NCBI GenBank assembly: GCA_013239625.1
Contig: MU053994.1
Coordinates: 1,305,775-1,369,774, forward strand
Direction: 5' to 3'
Origin: Lama guanicoe
Lineage: Eukaryota
DNA: 64,000 bases
Shown here: piece by piece, positions 1 to 12,370 of the stretch
How the letters are laid out: every line of letters begins with the position of its first letter
Numbering within the stretch: position 1 is the first letter of the stretch
Notes under the pieces: model-generated
Database searches by the model: none
What the model saw: the letters and a program-made list of their open reading frames with translations, nothing else
Told to the model about the DNA's origin: nothing
Made by a program: the position numbers and the translations under genes

Positions 1-169
1 AGAACTGACAGGATGGCTTGCTTCGTTTGGCATTTATGGTGCTTCGGATGGACTGATATATTAAAACAAGCATTCTTTGCCTGCACTCTTCATCTTGCAA
101 GTGCTTCCAGGAAACACTTAACTGACGATTTGATGATCTAAAAATAATGTTCTGCAACATGTATTCTAC

Positions 170-275
170 TACCGTGGAAGCTCCAGGAGGCAGGGATCTT
201 TGCCTGGTTAGTTCAGTGCTCTACCTGCAGGATCTAGAAGAGAGCTCGGGAAAACACATAGACGCTCAACAGTTG
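170..275 (+). mobile_element. L2 LINE 3' end fragment
   Basis: aagctccaggaggcagggatctttgcctggttagttcagtgct...cacatagacgctcaac resembles the L2 3' terminus. Confidence 0.7.
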
Positions 276-780
276 TCATTCCACGGAGGTAGGATGCATT
301 CCCCAACACCACACGTCCCCACCTAGTGAGTCACCAGCCCCTTGCTTGTGATGTCCAAGGCATGTAGACCTCATGGCTGCCACCACAAGCCCTCCAGACT
401 TTCTCATCCTAATCCTGGGAGGGCCCCCAGTTGGCGACTGTTGCCCTCAATCCACACGCCACACTGCTTCTTGGTGTAAGGAAAGTGCACCTTTGGCCCA
501 TATTGTCACTTTGTTCTCCTTGCTCCCTGATTTCACTAACTTGGTGGTGTTGTTTTATGCCAGGAGGGGCAGCTCTCCCTTCCTGCCTTGGGGCTCAGCC
601 CTTCCCAAGCAGACCGACCAGGACCATGATGGCTCCTCCTCATTAAGTCATGGGAGCTGCTGGGGCTTGTCTGATTAGAGTCTCCTTACATGTTGGTACA
701 GAGAACTTTCTGCCTTTGCAGTTCTTTTGTTTCAAAAGAAAAAGCATAGCTAGGAAGCTGCAAGGTTGTAAAGTTGTTAA

Positions 781-781
<1 letters not shown>

Positions 782-817
<36 letters not shown>
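782..817 (+). repeat. (CA)18 microsatellite
   Basis: pure CA run read directly. Confidence 0.98.
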
Positions 818-819
<2 letters not shown>

Positions 820-1799
820 CTCACACCAAGCCAGATTTGCTGATAACAGGAGAATGGGAAGGCTGAAGCTGAGGGAGCGTTTCAAGGTCACAGGCAAGGA
901 GGGGCCTGCGGTGGTGGTGATGAAAAAGATGAATAGACAACAGTTGAATGCATTATTTAGTGTGTTCCACATCGCGAAGCCAAGAATGGTTCCTTCGCAC
1001 CAGAAGATTTGATGTATCAGGCTGGCTGTCTCCTCAGAGGACACCCCCCAGTCTCCTCTTGAGTTCATGGAGACATGGTTGTCTAGGTGACAACTGTCAG
1101 GCAAGAAGCTGCAAGCTGAAGAATAAAATCGCCTTAGCTAATAGACCGGCGTGCTATTATGTACCTGAAGGTTTAACTGCTATATTACCCTGAAAGAGTC
1201 ATTTGGAGGGGAGGAAGGAGCTCGCTTTTCCCTGGGCTACATCAGTGAATTCAATTTCTATTGAAGAGAGACTAGCATTTTAAAAACCACGGTGTGTGGA
1301 GCTTCAAGTCCTTTTCTTCTTTCGGTGAGAAATGATTTAATAATGAACTTACAACTGCAGGGCCTCCAGTCAGCCCCATGGAGCCTTCGAAGAGGGAAGA
1401 GGCGGTGTGGAGGGGCTGGTGGCTGGCAGGCTCCATCATGTTCTATCTCTTCTCAGGCCCAGGCTCTGTGACTGAGGTTATCCCAGAGCAACTCGGTTCA
1501 GATGTGGGTAGTCTGAGCAATAATTTTCTTCCCTCCTAAGATTGCTGGGTGCCTCTAATTAATGGTTGTGAATTCCTTAGATGGGGTTGTTATCAGATGA
1601 AAAGGGGCTAATTGTACCAGTCACAATAGTTAACCTCTTCCAGAGGGAAGAGTGTGTGCATGCATGTGCGTGCATGCCTTGGTTCTTTCTGCAAATGAGG
1701 CAGAAGAGCTTGAGAATCATCGAAATTCTTTGGCATCAAGACACCAGCAAATCAAAGACTATATTCACGAAGACTCTTTCACCAAGCAAAGAGTGGTCA

Positions 1800-1965
1800 C
1801 CATTTACTAGGCTCCTTCGCTGTGCCTGTCAGGGTACTAAGTGCTTTACCAGCTTGATCACGTAACCCTAAGCATTCTTGACTCTTATTATCCTCTGTCT
1901 ACAGACAGAGAAACCAAGGCTTAGTGTGTTTAGGAGACTTGTCCAAGGCCCCACCCATGCCAGCA
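1800..1965 (-). mobile_element. MIR SINE
   Basis: reverse MIR core acagacagagaaaccaaggct...acttgtccaaggcc. Confidence 0.75.
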
Positions 1966-2269
1966 AAATGTGAGGGCTTTTTACTTTCAGAAGATCCCAC
2001 CTAAGGCCGAGCAGGGGAATTTGGGATTCCTTCATTAAAAGGAAAGAAGATGCTCTCATACAAGAACCTGGACAACTTGGCCAGGGCTATCCCACCCTCC
2101 ACACATCTGGGCAACCTCTTGCCTTAACTTCTGCCACCATTCTGGCTCTGCCCTGTGTTTTCTTTGGCCTGTATTTGGACTACACACAATATCTCTGTCC
2201 ATTCCCCTGTGGCTCAAGTATCTGGCTTTCAATTTGCCTGCCTCGCCTCACAGGCAGCCCTGCTAAGAT

Positions 2270-2400
2270 ACATATATGTTGGTTGGTGTCTGCTATGTGC
2301 TGGGTGGTGCTGGGTAGCTGAAGGAGCAAAGATGAATAGCATCAAGGCATTGCCTTGAGGAAGTTCACAGGATGGAGAGAAAATGAGATGTGAAACTACA
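2270..2400 (-). mobile_element. L2 3' end fragment
   Basis: tgctatgtgctggg...gatgaatag...tgccttgaggaagttcacag, reverse L2 tail. Confidence 0.6.
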
Positions 2401-2454
2401 CAATCAATACAACATGATCATCATCATCATTATAGTAATGATGAAAGAATAATA

Positions 2455-2690
2455 TTAATAACAAAACATCTGTTTTTAGAGTACTTCCTATGTGGCAGGC
2501 CTTGTGCTGAGCACTGCAAACAAGCCTATGATGTAGGTACTATTATTATTTTCACTCTAAAGTTTAGAAAATTAGGGCATAGAGAGATTAGATCATTTGT
2601 CCAAGGTCATACTTGCAGTAAATGGCAGAGCAGGAATTTAAACTAAGGCACTCTGTCTCCAAAGCTGATTCTGTTAACCACTATGCTGTA
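2455..2690 (-). mobile_element. MIR SINE, near full length
   Basis: gtaggtactattattatt...ccaaggtcata...aaatggcagagcaggaattt...ttaaccactatgctg. Confidence 0.9.
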
Positions 2691-2884
2691 TTGCATATAT
2701 ATAGACCAGTGCAGAAGCATGTATATATTATAAAGGAAGCCCAGGTGAAGGACATAAATTCCTTCCTAAGTAGAGTGGTTCACTGGAAGAGAAAGAGAAA
2801 AGATATAAATAAGAGGGAGAAAGGCTGTATGTCCAGGACATTAAAGGCACAGACCAGTACTGGGCTCCTGTTTTTGACCTTATG

Positions 2885-3355
2885 GCGTATATCTAAGGTT
2901 GCATAACAAATCACTCCAAAGATTAGTGGCTTAAAATAACAATAATTGTTCATCATTGTTCATGGTTTCTGTGGGTCAGGGATTCAAGAGTAGCTCATTT
3001 GCATGGTTTCTGACTTAAAATCTCTCATGAGGTTGCACTTTTATGTCAGCTGGACTGCAGCCATTCAATACGGCTGACTCACGTGGCTGGTAAATTGGTG
3101 CTGTAACCAAAGTTCTTCTCAATATGGGTGACTCCACAGGGCTGTTTGAGTGTCCTCATGGCATGGCAGCTCCTTTCCCCAGAGCAAGGGCTCCAACAGA
3201 CCAAGTCAGAAGCTATAATGCCTTTATGACTTATATGTAAATCACACAACATCACATCTGCTGTATTCTATTGCCCATAAACACCAGCTCAGATTCAGTG
3301 TGGGACGGGACTACATAAGGACACAAGATCATTAGGAACTATTTTGTAGTCTGTC
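2885..3355 (-). mobile_element. MaLR solo LTR (MLT1H-like)
   Basis: gcataacaaatcactccaaa...tagtggcttaaaataac...ttctgtgggtcagg...tgtcctcatggcatggcagc, typical reverse MLT1. Confidence 0.85.
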
Positions 3356-3969
3356 AGCCTGAGTTTAAAATTCCCGTATACTGAATGCAAAAATCTATAC
3401 AGTACCCCCATCTCCTACTTGCCTTATGGTTTGCTGTTCCAAGCTATAGAACTTTAGGATCAAGGGGCTAAGTATTTATGAGAGATGGTATGTTTGATAT
3501 CTTAGAAGCCCTATTGTCCTAGACAAAATGGTGGCTTTGATAAAGAAGAAAGAAGTGGATACAGGACGGGTAGGGAAGCTGGGAAGAGGGGCTAGAACTG
3601 GAGACACCTGTAAGTCTCTTGGTAATTAAGCCAAAGTACCAAGAACCCTGGAGATCTACTATCATTTAGATCACTGACCAAGCCCATGTTCTGATCCATG
3701 AATCCTATGGGTACCAAATCTATTCAACCAGGTTCTTTTGCTTCTGGATTGGATGTCTGCTTGTTGACTACACATAGAAGGAAATCACAAGCAATGTTTC
3801 TTGTAGAAGAACTTGGATCCTACTTTTCTTCCTTCTACTTCAGTGCTTTGCACATACCTGAGGTATATATATCTGGAAGTATCAAAGCCATTGATGAATA
3901 AATGGCTATTCAATAGTAAGTTAAAAATATTTTTTTGAAAATTAACATGGATTTAATAGACTCAATACT

Positions 3970-4700
3970 CTGTGGCATCCTGCTATGTACTGGGCTAGAT
4001 AGCATGCTGGATATTGGGGTAAGGAAAGGAAGGTGGTACTGCCCTTATGGTGGTTGTGAAAGACATATATGAATCAAATAACAGTACAGATAAATGTCTC
4101 ATTATGAACTGAGATAAGCACTATAAAGGAAAGGATATGACATTGGGAGATTAAAAATTGGAAACACTGATAAAGTGGTGCTTGAGCTGATATCTGAAAG
4201 ATAAATAGGTTAAAGAAAATGGGAGGAAGAACATTCCAAGTAGTGGGAACAGTATGTGCTGACTGGGTCTGTGCAACTGAAAGGACCCTAGTGTGGCTGA
4301 AGCAGAGGGAGTGAAGAGGGGTATGATGTAAGATGAAGGTGGAGAGGTGATCAGGGACCAGATCATGCAGGACCTTACTTATATAGCCATGTTAAGAATG
4401 TTGGTTGTAATCCTAAACAATGGGCAGCCATTGAAAGGTTTTAAAGCAATATAGTGACATGATCAGATTTGTGCTTTGAAAATATCACTGTCTGCCATAT
4501 GGAGTCTGGATTAGAGAAGATAAGACTGGAGGCAGGAAGACCAATTAGGAGAGAGACTATGTCTAGAAGAGAGATGTTAGTGATTTAGTCCAGGATGCTG
4601 GTAACGGAGACAGTAAGGAGAGGGTGGAATTGAAATATATTTAGTATGTAGAACTGAAAAGTCATTGGGTTGTGGAAGGCGAAAACAAGCATCAAATCTC
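3970..4700 (-). mobile_element. L2 LINE fragment
   Basis: agggaccagatcatgcaggacctt, gtgacatgatcagatttgtgctttgaaaatatcac and ggaggcaggaagaccaattagga are reverse L2 hallmarks. Confidence 0.85.
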
Positions 4701-5040
4701 AAGGGCCATGTGAGGGTATGAGGAGAAGATGGGAATTCAGAATGGAGGCTCTAAGAAGTAAGAGGAAGAAGGTGATATATGAAAGACACGTTGGGTAGAG
4801 CAAGTTGGGACTTAATCTGCAGAAGGAGGGCTGTGTAGTGCCTGGAGTGTTTGAGCAATGAACTTTGTTGCTAAGTGGAATTGGCCATTCCTATATAGGG
4901 TTCTGGTGTGTAAGTATCTGTGGCGCTGTCAGCAATAAATCTGTAATGATCAATATTTGATTGATACTCTATCAAACAGCAGCCATGTCATGTCACCAAG
5001 TGCTCCCTGGAAGCCTTCACTGCATAGAGCAATTCTTCTG

Positions 5041-5152
5041 GTTGTTGTTTATTTGTTTGTTTGTTTGTTTTTTAAATGGAGGTACTGCAGATTGAACCCA
5101 GACCTCGTGCATGCTAAGCACACGCTCTACCACTGAGCCATACCCTCTCCCC
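5041..5152 (-). mobile_element. tRNA-Ala(AGC)-derived SINE (camelid Vic-1 type) with (AAAC)n tail
   Basis: reverse complement GGGGAGAGGGTATGGCTCAGTGGTAGAGCGTGTGCTTAGCATGCACGAGGTCTGGGTTCAATCTGCAGTACCTCCA is a tRNA-Ala body with A/B boxes and a broken T-stem, followed directly by an A-rich tail. Confidence 0.88.
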
Positions 5153-5309
5153 TTGTTTTTTATTGTATAGTTTGAAAAATAGGACACATGGTGTCAAAGA
5201 TGGGTTTTCAGGTGGGGGTGTTAAGAGAGACCAGTCCTCAAGAGTGACTTTAGACTGCACATCTGAAATTATGACTGAATTTAATTTTAAAATATAGGCA
5301 ATTTATATA

Positions 5310-6810
5310 TGCAGACCCAAGACTAGTGGAGCAGATTAAAAACTCTAGAGATGGGGCCAAATACATATAGGAGTTTAGTTATAAAGGTGGCATCTCCAAC
5401 TAGCATGGGAAATGTGGGACTGATTAATAAATGGTATTAGGACAACTGGTTAACCATCTAGATAAAATAAAACAAATCCAGTCCTCATATCATGTAACAG
5501 GAAAAATTCCAAATTTTATCCAAGATTCAAATGCAAAGAGATGAAATCTTGATTATTAGAGGAAAACATGGAGAAATTCTTGTATAATCTTGGCATAAGC
5601 AAGGCCTTTCTAAGTGTGACTTGAAATCTGGAATCCATTAAAAAAAAAAGGGTGATAAACTTAGTTACATGAAAATCAAACCAAACTTTCTACATGTCAA
5701 AAAGTACAATAAACAAAGTTGAATAAATAAGTAAATAAATAAATAGGAAAACTAGAAGAAAAATTGCCAGCCAAATCACAAAATACCTGAAAAAAATTAG
5801 TAAGAACAACGACCTAATAAGAAAATGGACAAAGGATACAGATAGGAGATATAAATGTCACTAAAAGTTATGAAAAGATGCTCAACTGCACTCAGAGTAT
5901 GAGAAATAAAAAACTATACAAAGATACCATTTCTTTTAACCTATCAAATTTATGAAAAATAGTAACAACCTACCAATCTGTTGGCCAAGCTGTGTGGGAC
6001 AGGCATGCTCATCCCTTAATTGTGGGAGGGTAAATTTGGTGTGGCCCCCTGTGGCAGACAATTTGGCAATATCCATCAAAATTACAAATTCCTATTCTCT
6101 TTTGCCCAGCTATTCAATTTTAGTACTCTATCCTATAGGAATAATTGCCCTCTTGTGAAACGATGTACCTGTAAGGCTATTCATTGCAGCATTATTTGAA
6201 ATAGTACAAGATTAGACACAACCCAAATGTCCAACAATAGAGAACTGGTTAAATAAAGTATATCACATCTACCTAATAGAATACTATGCAGCCATAAAAA
6301 TGAATGAGGGCCATCTCTCTATACTGACACAATCAGGTCAGATTGTATTTAAAATTTAAAAATCAGATTTTTAAACTGAAAAAGGCAATGAGGAGACCAT
6401 TATGTACTCTTTGCTATGTTTCAGGCATAGAACTGACATCTGTACTCATATTTGCTTGTATCTGCATAAATGAATTAGGAAACACACACAAGGAGACCAC
6501 CATATTTCATTGATTCTAAGATACACATTTTTTTCTCATTTTGACATCTATGAAATAGGAATGTATCTTCCATTATATGGAATTTTAGAATTATAATTAG
6601 CCATGTTATTTTCTTTCTTAATGGTATGATGATGCATCTTAAAATTGATGAGGTCTTAGAGTTGATAGAATGCAGTAATAACAATGGTTGCCTATGGGGA
6701 GGGGAGACTGGGGAAAAGGATAAGGAGAAGTCTTTTCATTTATATTTTTTTCAAATGGTTTTTGTTTGAGCCATGTGAATTTATTGCCTACTCAAAAGTT
6801 GAATAAATAA
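5310..6810 (+). mobile_element. L1ME-type LINE, ORF2 3' part and 3' UTR (decayed), interrupted by MER104
   Basis: aataaatggtattaggacaactgg, tatgaaaagatgctcaac, acaacccaaatgtccaacaatag, gaatactatgcagccataaaaa. Confidence 0.88.
6500..6675 (+). mobile_element. MER104 (TcMar-Tc2 non-autonomous DNA transposon)
   Basis: TIR-like ends ccatatttcattgattctaaga...tcttagagttgatagaatgcag followed by TA; about 176 bp. Confidence 0.8.
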
Positions 6811-7544
6811 TACTAATAAAAACTATATACATATATATGTACATATGTACAGTAGAGTAGTTTCTGGGCTTTGTGTCCTTCTGTAGTGATAGTCTAAGTA
6901 ACAGTGACCCAGTTCTAAGATATTAAAATGGGATACAAACCAACCCACACTTGGAACGTGCTAATTGATAAGAAGACAACAGCCGTGCCCTGTGCTGACC
7001 TGGGTCCACCTGGAAAGCTGATGGCTCCTCAGCATCACATCTGATCTTGCCAGTAGGCAGGACATATTATTTTTCTACGTGTGACTAATACACCTTTAGT
7101 TTGGGAACCAGGAAGACATTGGCTCATCATAAAGCTTTATGAGAGGTGGAGGCACGCTGTTAAGGCTTCTATTATGACCTAGTAGATATTTTCAGAGCTC
7201 TCAGACAAAAATCAATGCTTGAGCGAACACACAACCAGGATCTTGCTTTTATTTTTTTTCTCTCTTGGAAAGACTAAAGAAGCTCTGAATTAGATAGGTT
7301 TTTCTTTCAGGCATTTATTTTACTGATGAGAGCAATTGCTTCTCTTCTCCTCCTCCCCACTTCCACAAATCTTTATCAGCCTCTCCTGGGTTAAATGTTT
7401 CTAGGCAAGACGTTGACAAGAAGCAGGGTGACAGATGCCACGGGAAGGGCCAGATGTATCTTCAGTTGTGTTCCAAACTAATCTTTTTAATGAAAAATAG
7501 AACTGGGGGAAATCCCAGAGGGGTTTTCTTTTTGTTAGAGGAAA

Positions 7545-7760
7545 GATTCATAATGTTATGGAATGCCTCATTTAGGTTCGAGAGACCTGGATCCTGGTTC
7601 CAGGTTCTTCAGCAAACAGATGGGTGCTTTCTGCATACTCTTTTAGTGGCTCTTTCCCTCAGTTTTCTTATCTGAAAAATGGATGTGATAGTACTTATTC
7701 TGCTTTCCTTAAAGGGCTGTAGTGAGAATAAATAAGATACTGCTTGGGAAGACACTTAAA
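7545..7760 (+). mobile_element. MIR SINE
   Basis: cctcagttttcttatctgaaaaatgga core. Confidence 0.75.
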
Positions 7761-7979
7761 TGCACATCTATCAAAGTGCTCCTGATAGGTAAAGTTTGAT
7801 TTTTGCCATCATTGGTAGGTGAATCAGAATGTGTGCTGAGAGGCCATTTGACAGACACTCATCATGTCTCTGCCAGACACTCTTCTTTCCCAACTTCTCT
7901 GTGTGACAGTTAGGAGACATCCCTGAACAAATGACACTTGGGAGCAGGAAGGGGCTAGGCTTGTCACCACCTGATGAAA

Positions 7980-8170
7980 TAACAACAATAATGACTAAAT
8001 AGTCTTTCCCAAAGTACTTTCACCCCTTTTATGTCACATCATCCTCCAACAGTCCTGTGAAGTGAGTATTAGCATTATTATTCCCCCATTACAAATGAAG
8101 AGCCTGAAATTGTAAGTGGAGCTGGAATTTGGAGCTAGCTCCAAACTTTGTAATTTTTCCACAGTACTGT
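7980..8170 (-). mobile_element. MIR SINE fragment
   Basis: attattattcccccattacaaatgaagagcctga. Confidence 0.65.
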
Positions 8171-8726
8171 CCTGCTCCCTCTCCTCTCTGCTATGAACTG
8201 ATCTTAGCAAGATGTCACAGAAACCACAGAAAGCTGGGGCCTGGGCTGTTCTGGAGACCAGAGATGGAAATAGGGAGGGGAAATGGAAACTTTTTCTACT
8301 TCCAACACAAGCTATTAGCACACATGTGCTAGGACATATGGTGACCATCTGGAACTGGAATCACTTAGGTCATTGCTGAAATTCAGTCTAACAACAATGC
8401 ACTTAGATTGGATAGCATTGTAATGCCCTAGTCCCCTAAAATTTTGCCTTTGGGGAGAATGCCCTTGGCAAATGGTGATCGAGAATAGCAGCAATCTGTT
8501 GACACACAAAATAAAATGTCAGCCAGTGTATGGGGCCTTGATATTAGTTTAGTTGACCTTAAAATGTCCTAATCTAGCCATAGGTGTCCCTGTTAATGAT
8601 CTAGCCATGCAAGATAATACCAACAAAAGGGACACCCACAAAGGAATCCAACTTAGTTCCATAAATCAGGCGCCCCTATTGAGGAGCCAAATAACTAGTT
8701 CCAGCTGGTGGTGGGTAATGCTAGAC

Positions 8727-8948
8727 CACGGATAGATAAACTACAGCCCTCAGACCAAATCTGGCCCCAGACCTGTTTTTGTAGATACATTTTTACTAGA
8801 ATACAGCCACAGTTATTTCTTAAGTATTGTTGTCTCTGTGCTGTAATGGCAGAGTTGTGTGGTTGATGGATCGACAGACACTGTCTGGCTTGCAAGGTCA
8901 AAAATGTTTACTCTGTAGCCCTTCACAGAAGAGGTTTGCCAATCTCTG
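8727..8948 (+). mobile_element. MER58A (hAT-Charlie)
   Basis: aaactacagccc...ccaaatctggccc...cctgtttttgta...gtttgccaatctctg; 8-bp TSD tgctagac/ttccagac. Confidence 0.9.
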
Positions 8949-10689
8949 TTCCAGACAACAAATATGCAGGTGAGTTCAGACTTACGGGTGCCATCAAAAG
9001 CCTTGGCCATGTCCCCATCTGATGAAACACAGGAAGAGAAGGATAATAGCAATCATTGGCTAACCATGCCCAGAGAGATACTCCAAGGGGCCTGGCTCCA
9101 AGAGAAAGGGGACAGTGGTCCTGTGGATTCAAATATCAGGGAGCCCTGAACCACATGTATATAGTTTATTTTAGTAGGGGTCTGAAGAGCCTCAGAAACC
9201 TGGCTGGTCACTCTGTTGGCTGCCCTCTCTACCAGCTTCTGTGGTGTTTGAATTCAGCTAGAACAGAGTGAGCCCTTGTTAGAAGGCTATTGTGAGTGAT
9301 GTCCCTGGGATGCTGGAGGTCTCTCTTAGACAGTTAAGTGACTTGATAGGCATTCTTCAAGGGATACTAGAGAAAGCAGTGACAGTGGCTAATCAGGTTC
9401 TAACAGCCCTGGAGGAGCCTCTTGAACCAGGAACTCAAACTAGGAGATCTTGAAGGAACCTCAGAGATCATCTCAGCCAAAAGGATGGAATGGCTTGTTC
9501 AGGGGCTCACCATGAGTTAAGTGGTGAAGTTTTCTAATCCCATTCAGGGTGTTTCTCACCATTCTATACACTGCATCCTAACACCAATCCACATCACATC
9601 ATTGTCTCAGATACCCAGTGGGCTGAAGGAAAGTGTTTATAGGTTCAGTATGGCCTATCCCTTGTGATCTGGACCTGCTAGGCAGAGAGGATTGTTTTAG
9701 GGAAGCCACAAACCCATGATAATCCCTGAAGCTCAGTTTCTTAGAGAGGTTGAGGGGATGGGAAGGGTTGTGAGTAAGCCTTTGTGGACATATGAAAGAG
9801 GAAGAAAGGAACTATCTGAAATGGTTGACTTAAGACTCTTTCATAAAGGTCTGGAAAAGTAAACCTGGGTGAGAGCCAAAGGGGCAGGAGCCAAGATAAG
9901 TCATCAAGACATTGGGAAGAAAGCCAGGACATCTAAAGAACAGGGCTGGGTCCACACACCTGGATAAGAAATCAATCAGATCAGAATCAGAATCCAAAGT
10001 CAGAGTCACTAAGTAGAAAAAGGACAAACTAGGGGAGGAAAGGAATTCCATTCTAAATACTGGGATGGTGCAGACAGGCTGACCTTACGGCAAAAATGTG
10101 AGGCATGTTGGATTAGAGATTCTATTGGCTGATAACATACCAACTTCCCCATAATAATGATTAATGTGGGTTCACAGGGGTCCAGAATACCAATGTTGTT
10201 TTGTAGGTGACTCTCTAAAAAGTCTAGACGAAATATGTACAAGTTTGGTCTACAGGATGACCACTATTGTTACAAGTATGTAGAAAGATAACTACTTATG
10301 AACACAGAGTCCCCAGTCACAGAGTTTCATGGTACCTACAGAACTGCCCAGTGGTCAAGATTGGTGCATAATTGAGTGTCACATTCTGTTTGGCAAGAAC
10401 CAAGCACCCACAAATGAGGCCATATCAGCAGAAGACCTCAGCAGCACGCTGAGCACAAAGAGAAAAAAAGTGGACTAAGAAAGACCTTGAGAAATGGGTT
10501 TGGAGGTTCCTCACTGAATGTGGAGCTCTAACCCAGCTCTCCTCATCACAGGCATTTTGAAATCTGGCTGCTCCTCTAGAATAAGGGCCTTTGAGTAAAA
10601 GAAAAAGAATGTGTGTGCTCAGAAATAAAATCCTGAATAAATTATAAAGCTGAATTCAACCTAATTTGTCTTTGGCATTTGATCCAAGC

Positions 10690-11570
10690 CAGTTGAACAA
10701 ATTTACTGCATTCCTGTGGACACTATCTTCTGTAAGAGGTACTAGGGGCATGAAGATGAATGGACGCAGCCACTTCCCTCCGGGGCCTTTTCGCCTAATA
10801 GGGGAAACACACACATGGACAGATAATTTTGGTATAATTTAGTGAGGGCCAGAGTGTTAAGGCAGCATAAAGGAAAACCATAACTTAGCATAGGGTGTTA
10901 TGGAAGCTTCTGGAAGGAGAGGACACTTGGTTCCCAATGGGGTCAGTCATGGGATAGTTAGTGAGGCAGGAGGAGAACCAGGGAACAGAGAATCCAGGAA
11001 ACGAAGTAGTGAAGAGGCAGCTGTGTCAAATACAGCAGATAAAGATGAAAAAAGTTTCATTGGATTGAAAACAAGGAGGTCCTTGGTGATCTGAAAGATA
11101 GCGTGTTTCAGTGATGCAGGAGTGGGAGGTGAGAGCCAGTGTTGGGAGCTGAATGGAACCGAGGAAGTGGATACAACCAGCAGAGGCCACCCTCTGAGAG
11201 CTCATGACTGAGAAGGAAAGGAGACCAATGGACAGTGGTTGCAGAAGGTAAAAGGAAAGAGTGTGTGTGTATGTGTGTGTGTGTGTGTGTTGTGTTTTCT
11301 TGAATTTGGGCTTTTTGGATTGGAGGGATATTTGTCTTGTTTTATAGCTGAGAAGAGAGTGAATAGAAAGGGCACAATGACAGACAGAGGAAAGAATGAA
11401 GATGGCTGATGATGGTGGGAGGAAGAGGCTGGCCTCGAACAGGAAGGCTGACCCCATCCTCTGAGATTAGTGGTGGGACTTAGGAGCAATAGGTGCCATA
11501 GAATTAAGTCAGTAGGTGGGAAAGATAGGGGGCAGCCTCAGTGGCTTCAGTTTTCTCAGTTTGCTGAGGT
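10690..11570 (-). mobile_element. L2 LINE fragments
   Basis: reverse L2 tail plus tgtcaaatacagcaga...ttggatt...aacaaggaggtccttggtgatct. Confidence 0.7.
11261..11290 (+). repeat. (TG)n microsatellite, interrupted
   Basis: gtgtgtgtgtatgtgtgtgtgtgtgtgtgt. Confidence 0.95.
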
Positions 11571-12049
11571 CTTAGCCACCTTGATGTGGAGGTGGCACTA
11601 TTTGGCATATTTTCCTTTCTGTCAAGGTCTCTCTGTGACAAATATTTCTGCAACTTTTTGTGTTGCTTGATTTGACTTTACAGTCATTGGTCCTGTGTTC
11701 CTGTGGAAGGAGAGCATCACGAAGACCTTGGAATAACCAAGAGGCTGACCAGTAGGGCAGAAGGTGGAATTTCAGGAATCTCCTGACTTCCTGCAATGGA
11801 GATTTGGGTACCAGATCTGTCGAGCCATTCTTCAGAATGGCTCTGCCCTTCCTTGACAAGGACTTGTTCTGGACCATGGTGCAAACCAGGACAGAAGTCT
11901 TGCAGAGCAGAGGCCTCTACTGCAGCCAGTGTCCTCCACTATGGCTCAATTGCACCGTTTCCCTCCTAGTTTTATAGCCCACTTGAACTGTCCCCATCTT
12001 CTCTGCCTAGCCCTGAATGCATGAAGCTGTCCATGCATATAGTTCACAT

Positions 12050-12370
12050 CCCACTTCCTCCAGGATTCAGGCGTAGGGATCTCTTGACTGCCCTCTACCC
12101 TCCAACCCCATTCCTCATAATGCACTTCACTTCCATTCAATGCAATTACAATAACCTTCTTTGTTTTTAGCACTCTCTTGGCATTTATTAACTACTGCTT
12201 TGTTTCTGCTAGTTTTTCATGTTAGTATGTATCTTATCCCTTCCTTCCCAACAGAACAGTGACCTTCTTGATGGCAGATATGGACTCTTGCTCATTTGAT
12301 TTCCACATTCCGCAGCACCAACTCCATAGTTGCTGCTAAGTAAAGACTGCTGATTTATTTGACTGAACTG
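12050..12370 (+). mobile_element. L2 3' end fragment
   Basis: acagaacagtgaccttcttgatggcaga...gcacc...catagttg...taagtaaa. Confidence 0.55.

Noticed and set aside
643..1104. 153-aa and 120-aa ORFs
   Set aside because: They run through the (CA)18 microsatellite (VCVC/HTHT) and show no recognisable domain
5077..5146. functional tRNA-Ala(AGC) gene
   Set aside because: T-stem broken, extra 5' bases, A-rich retroposition tail rather than a T-run terminator; it is a SINE
9600..10100. possible ancient Gypsy-like LTR (similar texture at 53950-54300)
   Set aside because: Only a purine-rich texture resemblance; no termini, TSD or motif I can cite
11683..11880. possible + strand exon
   Set aside because: Moderate acceptor but no convincing donor or recognisable peptide
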